The notes: generated by a model from the sequence alone, not told the origin. A stretch of 64,000 bases of DNA from Azolla caroliniana (GCA_043228905.1 JBHGNT010000009.1:5270001-5334000), one strand, 5' to 3'. Counted from the stretch's first letter, positions 10,802 through 22,414 are shown. Program-made: numbers and translations.

Positions 10802-12403
10802 TCAGTGTTGCTTGCCGAATTGGCACGCTTCGCATACACCTTCAATCTCCTTCTCTTTGAATGTTGAGAGTCCGATGACGACTCCTTTCGACTTCATTGC
10901 TTTGAGCTTTTGGAGATTTATATGGCCAATCCGCTTGTGCCATAACTCTATGTCGGAGTCAGCTTCAATGCCCTTTGCAAACATGGCCGATTTCATCTCG
11001 TGTGAGTCGAGAATGAACATTCGACCCTCTCTTCGTCCGCGTGCGATGAGTCGGCCCTCTTTTTCGATGAAGCAACCGCCTTGATTAAATCGAACTTGCA
11101 TCCCTTGCTCTACAATTTGGCCGACCAAGACCAAATTCTTCGTAATGGTCGGTACATGCAAGACATTTTTAATGTAATTTTGCTTACCTTCTTTTCCGAA
11201 CGGAACATTGCCGATGTGCCGAATCGGGTGCGTAGTGTCGTCTCCGGTTTCAACATACCCGGGTCGGTTCGGCTCTTGAAGTTCTCGGAACCATTCTTGA
11301 TGCGATGTCATATGGTTCAAGGCACTAGAATCGACGAACCATACGTCTTCCGGGCCAAAGGCACTAGTTGAGGTAGAGGCCGACATACAGTTTGCTCTAT
11401 GTTTCATTATGAACATTCTGCCACAGTCGGAGTTGTGTGCGTACATTCCGCCACGATCTTCGTAGTCGGAGTTGTGCCCGTACATTCCACTATACTCTTC
11501 GTAGTCGGAATTGTGTGCGTAATTCGTGAGTTGTCGGCTTGTGGAAACTGATTCACGCATCTTCTTTCGGCACTCTTCTTCGTGGTGGCCGAGCTTTCCG
11601 CAATATCCGCATTCAGTTGCGTTTTGACGGCTCGGGCCGGAGTGGAAGCTCCCCCTTCTTGCGAAGATTCCTCGTTGGCCTCCATTTTGCGGCCAAAATT
11701 GGGAGTTGTCGTCGTAGGTCAGACCTCGTCCGCCTTGTCCTTGGCTGAATCGGCCTCTCGCTTGTCCACGTCCTCTTCCTCCGTTAGAGTGCGTGTAGAG
11801 CATGTAGCTGTCCGACTCATTACTCCTTGTACGCACGTGGTTTCCTTCAACCAATAGCATTGATTGGAGCTCGAAGAAGGAGGGATATTTCTCCCGTGCT
11901 AGAACGGCGGTTCGCATCGCGCCGAACCGTGGTGCGAGGCCACCGAGGCATATTTGAACCATCTCATCATCATCGATATTTACGCTTATTGAGCCGAGCG
12001 AATCGCAAAGCTCCTTGATCTTTGAGGTGTATGTCGTGATGCACATGTCCCTTTGTTGAATGTTGTTCAACTCTTTGCGGAGTTGAAGCTTCCTCGCGGT
12101 CCTGTTCGCCGCGAAAATCTTTCGTAGATTTTCCCATGCCTCCTTCGGCATCTTGGCTTCGCGAATGTAGCCAAGCATGTGATCGTGAACACATGTCGCC
12201 AAGCAATACATCACGCGGCTTGCGGCTTGCTCCCATGTCGCGTATCCGGGAGTCGCTTCGGCAGGTCGGTCTTCATGCGCTCCTTTGATGTAGCTCCAAT
12301 AGCCTTGTCCGACAAGGTATTGGTGCATTTTGTACTCCCAAGATGCGAAGTTGTTTCGATCCAACTTCTCGGTAGGGTAAGCGCTCCCCATTTGAGTATT
12401 CAT
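10802..12403 (-). pseudogene. copia gag-protease-GAG-pre-integrase region (ends in a premature stop)
   Basis: KLDRNNFASW, a UBN2-like gag, knuckle CGYCGKLGHHEEEC, protease WFVDSSALNHMT, then LWHKRIGH...CEACQFGK. Confidence 0.92.
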
Positions 12404-12541
12404 TATGTTGATTCTTCTTCTCTCTTCGAATGCGAGCTATGTAGCAAAGCTACGATAGCGATAAACCGGTTCTTGGTCGTCAGCGTGGAGCACAACACAT
12501 GATCACGATGAGGCGAATGTGCTAGATCGAGCTACCAAATT

Positions 12542-12553
12542 GCTCTGATTCCA
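12542..12553 (-). other. Primer-binding site (tRNA-iMet type)
   Basis: TGGAATCAGAGC next to the 5' LTR, one mismatch to the canonical TGGTATCAGAGC. Confidence 0.85.
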
Positions 12554-12600
12554 TGTAAAGAATCAAGAGATGGATTCTTGTGAAGCGGAAGAGATGTGAG

Positions 12601-12647
<47 letters not shown>

Positions 12648-12946
12648 TGAAACACAGAGAATACGCAAGGTAAAAGTATATTAACAAAGGAGAAAGACTC
12701 AACACAATACAAGGTGGGAGGACGGTGCTTTATATAGTCACCCTCTCTCTTCATTAACTACAAGGCTCGTGGAGCATGGGGAATGTGAAAGCTCATAAGT
12801 TATGTGTCATAGAATATGATTCTATGACTCATACTAAATGCTAGAATACAAAGAGGTGACTTAATGGTGACTCTTGACCGTTGGAGTGTCTATTCACTCT
12901 CAAGGTGAGTTCACACAGTAGATCAAGTTGAGCTTGATTCTCAACA
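12554..12946 (-). repeat. 5' LTR of the copia element
   Basis: Direct repeat of 7464-7843, with TATATAAA on the minus strand near 12729-12736. Confidence 0.95.
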
Positions 12947-13510
12947 AAAGACAACGACTAGCCTTCATCCAACAATGGTCGTCCTCCCCCTCTATTGAGT
13001 CGGTGGGCATCCACATAAGATGGACCTATCGTCTCCCAAAAGGGATTTGTATATACTAATCTCATCTGTAAAATTTTATAACTAATGGAAGGAGGTTTTT
13101 TTGGAAATATATATATATTTGTGCATATATTTATGTTTAGTCAGTATGCATGTATAAATGGGTGTAATGTATGTATATACATATTCATGGATGTAATGTT
13201 TGAATGTAGGTATATATGGATGCTTGCATGTATATGTATGTATGTATGTATGTATGTATTTATGTATGTATGTATGCTACTCCAAATTTGAGTATTGCGT
13301 GCATAATATATTCTTTACTATCTCATTGAAATATCTAATATTTCACGAGCTAATGTAATTTTTTTTCTAGCATAATTGATAATACCCTTATGTAAATATA
13401 TTTTCAAATCTTTATTAATGCCCTTATATATATTCTGTATCTCACTGATTAATTAAAACCCCTTTGATGAACTCACGTGCTATCATACAAGTTTTGACAA
13501 TGAAGCCCCC

Positions 13511-15750
13511 GGGTCGGTGATAGGGGGAAACCCTGTTTTACACCAATGGTGCTGGTGAAGCAATCAGATAGGCCACTTGGGCATCTTACACACCCAGAGA
13601 CTTGCTCATATAGAGCATAAATGGCCTAGATCATGTCATTTGGTGTCTCCAAAACTTTAAGTCTATCAAACAACCTCTCCCTAGGAACTATGTCAAAGGC
13701 TTTGTGGAAGTCCACAAAGCAACAATATAGTTTCTTCTTACGAGCTTTCGTCTGGTCAATTAAGCACCTAAGTGTGAAGATATGGTCAATAGTGGAGAAG
13801 GCTCGTCTAAAGCCAACTTACTCAAGTGCTCGAAGACTTAATGTTTCCATATCATCGATGAGCTCTATTTCCATTACTGCACCATATAGTTTAGCGAGCG
13901 TGTGACCTATCATAATGGTCCTATATGTATTTGGGTTCATTGGATCCCGTCCTTTATGTATAGGGGCCACTGTGTTCATGGTCCATTGTGGTGGAAAACC
14001 CTCGGCAAGGGTGCGGTTGAAGATTAGAGTAAGAATGAGGGCTAGTCACTCTCGAGCATATATGATATGCTCGGCTCGCAATCCTGTGTGGTCCATGGAT
14101 TTCCTATGTTGTAATTTTTTTATGACCTTTGTGACCCTAGAGGTCTTGAAAAGTGTCCCTATGGTAGGTCGAGGTGTGGAAGGCATTGGAATGGGTGGTT
14201 GGTTCTGGACATGGTAGAGTCTCTCTGTATATGTGTGCCAAATATTGGGATCCTTGATGGGTGTTTGTGGTTCCGGTTCCCGTAGTCTCTTCCATGCAAG
14301 GGCGCAGTCCATACTCATGAGCATGTGGTAGAGTTCCCAATATTGAGATGCTTCCCAAGCTCATCTTTTACGATGTGTCATCTTGCGCATCTCTTTGCGA
14401 GCCTGTACTGAGGAAATAGTTCCACTAAGTTGCGACACTTTAAGTTGTCTATACAAATCTCTACAATCCTCATCATACCACTTGTTTTGTGGCATAGACC
14501 CTGTTCTACTTTACTGGAGTGTTTCGTGTACGGGAAGCTACTAATTGCTGTTGAGTGAAGGATGTGTGAGTTTTGTAGTGAGGTTCTCTAAAGGCAAGGA
14601 AGAATCAAAAGAGGAGAGATGGGCTTGAACATGTCCGGAGTAGATGTCAGAGAGCTCATGCGTGAAATGTATTATGGTGTGATGGTTTGGTTGACTAGAG
14701 TTGGTGGCATTGGAGGTGTCGCATTTTAGCTCAAAGTATAGGAACCTATGGTCTGCACCAATAGGGCATGGGGCCACCCGGAAGGAGTTGACCATGTGGG
14801 TAGCTTCAAGGCGTCCTATTAGATAATCAACTGTGCTTTCTCCTCCTCCATGCAGGAAACATGTGAGCTCTTCCGAGCTTGGCCACTCGGCTAATCCATT
14901 ATATATGATCATCTGGTGTCGACTTCCAAGTTCAAGTAGATGATGGCCAAAGCGTGTGGCGTCCGCACCTTGATCTTTTGATGTATGTGTTATGCCTATG
15001 GCTAAAGGGTCAACATTCACCATTTCTAGGTTTTTATCCATCTGAAATATTGTGCATTGTCGGGATTGGGTTCTCGCATTGAAATCTCCTACGAGGAAGA
15101 CGTCCCCTTGAGTGATGTGTTTCTACTAAGAAAAGTATATCAGATACCTTCAAAATATCCTCTAGACATCCAACGTGTGTCCAAAGTGCACTGTTACAGA
15201 TCCATAAAGTCATCCTAATTTTATTGTCTGTCACATGGGCCACACACCGTCAATTGGCGGCACGATCATTTATTATCACACGTCCATCTCGGTAAAAAGC
15301 ATGATGCCCTTCTTTATGAGCTTGTATGACTCGTGGCATATAGGTTTTACAATGCTCAATTTGCATATTGGTGAGGTCTTCATCGAGGTAGATAGGGTCC
15401 CCACCCAATCCTCGAAGAATTAGTCGCTTTTAAAAAAATTTGATTCTAGATCCTAAGTCCTTAAACTGAAGGACTAAAGCTCTCTTCCTAGTAGTGTCAC
15501 GTATTTTCCCTAGTGTTTGTGCATCTTCGTCGGGAGATGCCCCTTCCTTGAGCCCAATGACTCGTACATTTAGGTGTCAAGCTTGACGCATTTTCTCCTC
15601 CTCAAGGGTAGTGTTTACATTATGTTCATCCTTTAGCTCCTTTTTAATATTACGTTTTACTACATCAACCCAACCGGTTTTCGCTAATTCCATGTCGCTT
15701 TTAATCTCATCCTTAATATCCTCTAGGGAAGATATTTCACCATCTTCCCT
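13511..15750 (-). mobile_element. Decayed non-L1 LINE (RTE-X/L2/CR1-like): ORF1, endonuclease and partial RT
   Basis: ORF1 fragments LNVRVIGLKEG and PIYLDEDLT. Endonuclease DILFLVETH, STVDYLIG and GADHRFL. RT VGFRRAFSTIDHIFTL, CCFVDFHKAFDIVPR and GVKQGFPLSPT, where it breaks off abruptly. Confidence 0.8.
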
Positions 15751-16119
15751 AAACACGTTCGTGTTCACAAGTGGAAGGATCGCGCATAAATGGAAGGATA
15801 AGGAATATTTTGGCTGATTTTAGGGCTTTTTCAATTATTTTACAAAACACAATGATACTAGTATCATACATGTTCAAATATACTATGAAAAAGGTTAAAA
15901 ATCCACTATTTTCGTGATTTAGAAGTGAATAAAAAAAGAGGAATTTCAAAAAGTTACATTCTCAATTTATATCACAAACTTCACAACCAATGTTATTTTA
16001 TAAGAAACGATTTTTTAGAAATCATAAGAATTCAAAACACATGCTTTTATATTACTCGATTTGTTACAAGCGGAATGTAGTTACACTTAATAGCCAAAAA
16101 TACATTCATGATCACTCCT

Positions 16120-18910
16120 TTACGGAGAATCACTAATATAACTAATATACAATGACGATTCCTCCTTGTCATCCTCGGATGTACCAATCAGTGCATTATC
16201 TTCATCATAAACCAAATGGTTTGACTCTAGATTATATGCAGCAAATCTCCTTTGCCTTCGACTCAAGCCACCTTGTAGACCTGGTAATTTTTCTTTTATT
16301 ATATCTATTGTTGACTTCCTTAATCGTCCGGCTTTTGTAAGCGTGAAGTCGTACACAATGATATCCACATCAAAGATATCAAGGGTCGATGTGTTACGAA
16401 TGTTTCGCTTCCTCATCCTACCTCCCCTTGTCATTGGGCATTCAATCATCTCCAATGTATACTTACCTGTAAAAGCATTTGCACTTCTAGTGTTGTACCA
16501 ATGAACGTTTATAGACTTGATCGTGTTTTCTATTTCATGCATTAGCACTTCTAGAATTTTACCAACCCAAAATTGGTGGCCATGTGAGTTCTCATCAGTC
16601 GGCGTTGCAATCAACATCCCCGTCGCGAGCTCTTGCAAATTGCATTGCCATCTAGCTTCGCCTGCTTTGGTCATCCTTGGTCCCACATAAATGTCTCTTT
16701 GTTGTGGATGGACCAAACTATCATTAATCGCCTTTGTTGGTTGCTCCAGAGTTTTATTTACAGGATCATGTTGTAGCGACCATGTGAATGGCGTTTCCAA
16801 ATTCCAATTATCACCAAATACACAATTGTCTATAATTCCTTTCTGGTCACTAAAAAATACATCCCACCATGACGTGTCTTGTTGTGCGGCATATTTCTTG
16901 GCGGCCTCAATATGCTTTCTTTTTTCTTCTAAGGCTTGGAGCCATAACCGTTTTTATTCTGATACCAAGTCACTATGCCACTGTCCTTTCTTCTCAATTG
17001 GCATTTGTTTAGCTCCATGGACAATTGTACTCGACATACAAAGTAATAACTGGCAACCACCTTCAGGTTCCCATGTTGTAAAAGATAAATATTGTTTAGC
17101 ATACAAAAGCATAGAACCACTTATTTCCTTTTTCTTTATCATAAAAATGTGATTGAAGCTTATATTGTTTAACTTGGCGAGCACTTTAACATTCCCAACA
17201 CCCCCATTTGATATATATCTCTTAAAGTCATATACCTCCTTCAAGTGTAACACTTTTGGGCGTGGTGTATATGCATCACAAATGACATCAAATAGTTTAG
17301 GTAATGTGAAAGCATCATGCCGAGACAACTGTCTGGAGAATGTGCTAAACATCTTATCTATATGATCATGTGTGTGGCCAACCAAAAGAAAATTGACTTT
17401 CACTTTTCTAAACAATCATTGGTTGACCAACATACTTAGATAGCCAAACACAATTGAATTTTTGTTCTCTCTAGCAGTATTGTCCAATTGAATGTATAGA
17501 ACAGGGGGGAACGGTTGGCCCCAAGACATCAAAACTCAGTGAATCACTGTAACTATTAGGTTAGGGTCATTGTGAACATTGGGGTATGTAATGAAGATGT
17601 GAGGTCCAACTGACCTATTATAAGCCAAGCATCCCACCAAGTGCATAATTTTGAACAAGGCACTCATCATTGACGTCTTTGGGGAGCCTCCGCATATGCG
17701 GCAAGCACGTCTTCATCTGGTCCATGCCATCTATCACTAAGCACATGTAATGTTCGGGCCTCTTCAAACACTTCTCTCTATGATGCATCGCCTTCTTTTG
17801 TTCTAACGATTGTGCCTCACGATGCTCCTATAGTAATTTCTTACTCATATCCTTTTCCATTGGTGTCTTTGCACCTTTAGTCAAACTTTTAAGATTTGCA
17901 CAAATGGAGCAATACCCCATGCGTACTTTACGTGGAATGATAACATTTGAAAACTGAGCTCTCCATAATCTTGTGAATTGGCTATATGTGACAAATTTAT
18001 TACGTGAGCCCACCATATCATATCGATAGACATCATAAACTTCCCGACATGTGTAATTGTCAGAGAGGTGCATCCTACCTATAGTGGGCATTACTTCACA
18101 ATTTAACTGAAAGTAACTTTTCATCCAACCAATAGCATGTCTTCCAATTGCACCTTTCATACTTGGAACCTCTTTACAATTGAGCATCTAATCCCCGCTA
18201 AGTAGACGTTGTTGTACTCTATTTAGCTGCATGTTACTAACACATAACGCAATTTTGAATGCAACTCTACATATCTGTTGCGCATGGAAGATATAATACT
18301 CGAATGATACTTTGATCCCCGTACATTTGTCGGACACTAGTTGCATATGTGACCCGAGGTAAGTGTCTTGCTCATCACCAGTCATCGAAAAATAGTATCG
18401 CCTTAATTCTCGCAACTTTGATTTTCCAATCATAGATATACAACCACGGGCACAACATATTTTTTTGACATCAAATCCAATCTTCTTATCTGATGTCACC
18501 AAGTTAAATCTAGCTAGACGAATTCTTCGTGGGATTCTTCTAATATTCATAAGGCTTCCAGATTTCTCTTCCTACATAGAAGTTAGTGTAACCTTGTTAC
18601 TATCCAATTCTTTGTTGTGACCATCGCCCATGATATTCGATGTTTCATTGGCACTACCTTCATTCTTCGTATCTTTATTAATATCGTATTCTTCAATAGA
18701 GAACTCTTCACATGTGTCATTATTCACATTCGTTGTAGGTGAAGATGAGCTCAGACAATATTCTTCGATAGAAAATGGTGAGTCTGTCGACAGACAATAT
18801 TCGTCAATAGAAAATGGTGAGTCTGTCGACAGACAATACTCTTCGGTAGAAAATGAAGAGTCTAATGACAAACAATATTCTTCAATCGAGAACGATGAGT
18901 CTTCACTCAT
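16120..18910 (-). pseudogene. Transposase pseudogene (~900 codons when rejoined)
   Basis: Joined across stops and frameshifts: CCARGC, CSICANL, LVIDGMDQMKTCLPH, LYIQLDNTARENKN, FLLVGHTHDHIDKMF, then a C-terminal FWVGKILEV...INVHWY domain. Confidence 0.82.
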
Positions 18911-19158
18911 GGCTTAAGGTCCACACAGAGCTCTTTAAGTTATGTGCTTAGGCTAACATAAAAAACTGATAAGCTCCTCTCTAAACATAAACTCCTCTCT
19001 AAACAGAAGCTCCCTCAATATAATGTCTATATTATTTAATATTATATTAATACAATAAATAAAGATATTATTTTTAATATAATAATTGTATTCAACATTT
19101 TAATAATTACTTAAACTAGTCTGTATAAAGTTAAATCAAGCCATATATATGTTGGTTG

Positions 19159-19608
19159 TGTTGAGAATCAAGCTCAACATAGTGCAACGTGTGAACACAC
19201 CTTTTGAGAATCCATGATTACTCAAAGGTCAAGAGTCACACCACTACTCTCTACACATTAACTATGTGTCATAGAATCATATTCTATGACACATAACTAA
19301 TGAGTTACATATTCCCCATGACTATGAGTCTTTACATTCCCCAAGAGAGAGAATGGTTGTTGTAAGTTAATGAAGAGAGAGGGTAACTCTGTATAAAGCA
19401 CCCTCCTCATACTTCATACAAGTCGGTTGTGACTCCTTGTTATGCTACATTTTGTAATTCTTATTCTACTTGTGAAATATTCACTTTCTTCTTGAGTATT
19501 CCTTTTTCTATTTATCTTGTGTTCTCTCATCTCTCCTCTAATTCCTCTCACACATACACATAACACACATCTCTTCCACTACACAAGAATCATACCCGAT
19601 TCTTTACA
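19159..19608 (+). mobile_element. Solo LTR related to the copia element at 7464-12946
   Basis: Begins TGTTGAGAATCAAGCTCAAC and ends GATTCTTTACA, the same termini as the copia LTRs in opposite orientation. The interior is diverged. No PBS, PPT or intact TSD. Confidence 0.85.
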
Positions 19609-20149
19609 TGATTATTGTTTGTTGCCAACAACATGAGTTGTTATTTTTATGGTAATTTAACATGGCATAACTTTGTGAATTTTGTGATTTTTTGTGATTT
19701 TTTGTGATTTTTCAATTTTATAAAATGGTGAGATTTTAAGCTTTTCCATTGAATCTTTGTGCACATGTGATACATGTATCACATGTTTTTTGAAATTGTT
19801 AAAAAAACCCTTAAATCAAATGGAATATTCCTTATCCTTCCAATTATGCGCAACCATTCCACTTCTGAATGCGAACGTGTTCAAAGCCCACTCATGTATT
19901 AATAGGAAGAACCTCCTCCTTGTAATACAACGTCTCTATCCTTGTTGTTCCTCAACAATATCAACATACACATTCCGCATAAGCCTACACAATCGACCAG
20001 CCGACCACTTAACAATAGTCGACTAGACACCATACTGAGTGTCAACAATGACATCTCGATTTACTAAGCTCAACTTATGCAACAAAAAAAATCATAATTT
20101 GATTTGGTGAAATAGAACCAACACTAGACTTGAATTGAATCTAGGGAAC

Positions 20150-21100
20150 ATGAATTGTCCAATAAAATGGTTCCAATTTTGGGTTGGACTTACTCATTTT
20201 TGTTGCTCAAAATGTGAAAACTATGCTTGTGGGTTGGCTTACTAGGCCTATTAGTATTACTATAACTAATTAGAGGACCAAAAATAGAATTGTTTCTCAG
20301 CATTAGAAAATGGTCCTCAACAAGGTACTACCTTGATCTCTATAGGAATATTTCTGCTTTAATCTAGGAGATAATACTTGTTGGTGTCCAAAGCATTTCA
20401 GAAAATATGTAAGAGATTTGGGTGGGAACTTCATAGAAGAAAGGAGAAAATCCTTCACATAATTGCATAGCCCATTTCAAAAGTCATCCATTAAAGCTTC
20501 TTTATCCCATGGAATGTGACATACTAGAAGGAAAAAGTCTATTGCATGAGTCAACCTAAGCCAATCTCTTTAGATTTTGTTTATATTCATCCTCATATCT
20601 ATGAAGCTTTAGATATTGTTTACTTTTGAAGTTTGATGGAAGTTCCTTAATATAGCTATCAAAATCTTCTCGTAAGAACAACCTCTTCTCGAGCAATGGT
20701 ATGAACTACACTTGTTTCATATATGTAAACAAAATTTTGCCTAATCCAAGTCAAACAACATTAATTGTGTATTTTCTTCGATACATTTGAATTGCCAAAT
20801 GGTCTTGAATCAAGAATCATGAAATTTGAGGTTGCGTATTTCCATACCTCATTGGGAAATTGACTTTTGATTGCTTGAGGGAGTTTTGTACTCCGAACAC
20901 TTGTTGTAATAAATAATATTTTTGCTTCTAGTTAGTGGACCCATGGGGATAACTCATATTGTTATGACTTTATAAGTACTCATGTATTGTAGGCCTCTAA
21001 GCAACCTTTGATTCCCTTATTCTAATGCAAGAAACTTGGTTGTGAGGCAATCAAGCTTTGACAATATGTGCATGTGCTCTTGTTGATTGATGGAGTCCAA
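20150..21100 (-). mobile_element. Highly decayed Ty3/gypsy-like gag remnant
   Basis: Minus-strand translation near 20410-20550 gives AIDFFLLVCHIPWDKEALMDDF*NGLCNYVKDFL, resembling the retrotransposon gag pattern WDxxAL...FxxGL...VKD. Boundaries are rough. Confidence 0.45.
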
Positions 21101-22414
21101 AGCTTTGGGAAAAGCTTTGTATGGTAAAAACAATACTTGATTGAGATAGGAAAATAAGGAAAAGAATTTTATTATAGAAGAACAAAAGGTACAAGGTTAT
21201 ATACCGAAGATTGACATTGAACTATAATTGGTTTGATAGCATGGCGGTCTTTCCTATATGTAGTACTCATAGTCATATGCATCTGTACCACCTAGTTGTG
21301 ATGCATGCTCTCACTTGCATATCATTGATGCTTATTACTTATTGATCATGTATAACTATTACATAATGCACTAAAATAAGCATAGCATAGAGTGTCACAT
21401 AATGAAAATATGTACAATACTAGTTGTGATCATTTTCATATCTCATGTGATAATGTAATGGTTAAAGTTTAACGTGTAGATTGAGAGAGTCATGGTCTCT
21501 AAACCTATGTGATTTTGTATAATCATGACAATATTGCAAATCTTGATATTAGGCGAAGCCATGTGGGATAATATGTTTCTTAAGTAATAATACAAATTGG
21601 ATTGTTTCAAATTGTTGCACATGAGTTTCTCTATATTTGGAATCATGATGGTGATGATACAATTTTGTAGAGCGTATTTATTACAACGTGTGGTTTGTCA
21701 ACTAGATCAATGGCCAATGAACAAAATTAGAAATGTTTGTACATCTCAATGGACATGCAATATTGGAAACATATTTCATAACCAAAGATAATTATTGGAA
21801 ATGTTTGTTTAATGGATAGGACTATCTATTACTATGTTCAATTGCCATGCTTCAAAACTAGTAAAAGGATACAAACGTATATACATAGTTCTGATGCAAG
21901 CACAAGTGGAAGCGGAAGCGGAGAAAGAGCGGGGAAAGATGATAAAAGGCAAAAACCACTATATGTTGGTATTGAGGGCAATTTGCGAGTTGGTAACTCC
22001 GCCAATCATGTCAATATTATCAAACAATATTAGTGAGTGCATTAAGAATTTAGCCTATTCAAGGATGAGAGGAGTATACATGATTGGATGCAATCAATTG
22101 CCATTCTGGTGGGGCTTCCTCCCTACATGGTAGATGTATTTCATGTTATTTATAAGCTAGCAAGAGAGTCCAAAAACAACAAATGCATTGGACTTACATT
22201 TGAGAAGTACATTAACCATTATAAGTGGAGAGATGTGAAAAAAACAAACTTCCTTGAAGCCTTTAACTTTTCCTATTGAATTGGGCTTATAGTAATTATT
22301 GCAATGGTCCCATCGTTTGAAGTTTCACAAAGATGCACATTCTTGGGTTATGGTAGCTAATTTGATAACATGTCACATGGGAATTTGTTCTTTTGTCAAA
22401 ACATGGCATATACC

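Larger units (their letters stand above)
7464..12946 (-). mobile_element. Full-length Ty1/copia LTR retrotransposon (pol disrupted)
   Basis: TG...CA LTRs at 12554-12946 and 7464-7843. 5-bp TSD AAAGA at 7459-7463 and 12947-12951. Domain order gag-PR-IN-RT-RH. Confidence 0.97.
6295..13105 (+). mobile_element. 5'-truncated L1 LINE (ORF2 C-terminal zf-RVT region + 3' UTR), split by a copia insertion
   Basis: FQWLLIHKSLPVGAW...CVVCPTVVESIRHALWDC...LWILWKQRCRRVF. The sequence resumes at 12947. Candidate TSD aatatata at 6287-6294 and 13106-13113. The flanks rejoin into the repeat unit seen at 5820-5950. Confidence 0.85.
15752..19881 (-). mobile_element. TIR DNA transposon with a decayed Sola-like (DUF7869-type) DDD transposase
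   Basis: Imperfect ~170-bp TIRs. The left arm aacacgttcgtgttcacaagtggaaggatcgcgcataaatggaaggataaggaatatt matches the reverse complement of the right end, aacacgttcgcattcagaagtggaatggttgcgcataattggaaggataaggaatatt. They enclose one transposase-like reading frame. No clean TSD is seen. Confidence 0.85.

Noticed and set aside
8378-12502. Plus-strand ORFs overlapping the copia element
   Set aside because: Antisense shadows of a GC-rich coding region with no recognisable motifs.
15577-15768. ORF starting MNTNVF as a standalone gene
   Set aside because: It is chimeric: the first codons come from the transposon's left TIR and the rest is LINE ORF1.
19882-20050. Expected continuation of the non-L1 LINE ORF1 right of the TIR element
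   Set aside because: I could not recognise a continuation or a TSD. The flank looks like unrelated retroelement debris, so a simple insertion model is not supported.
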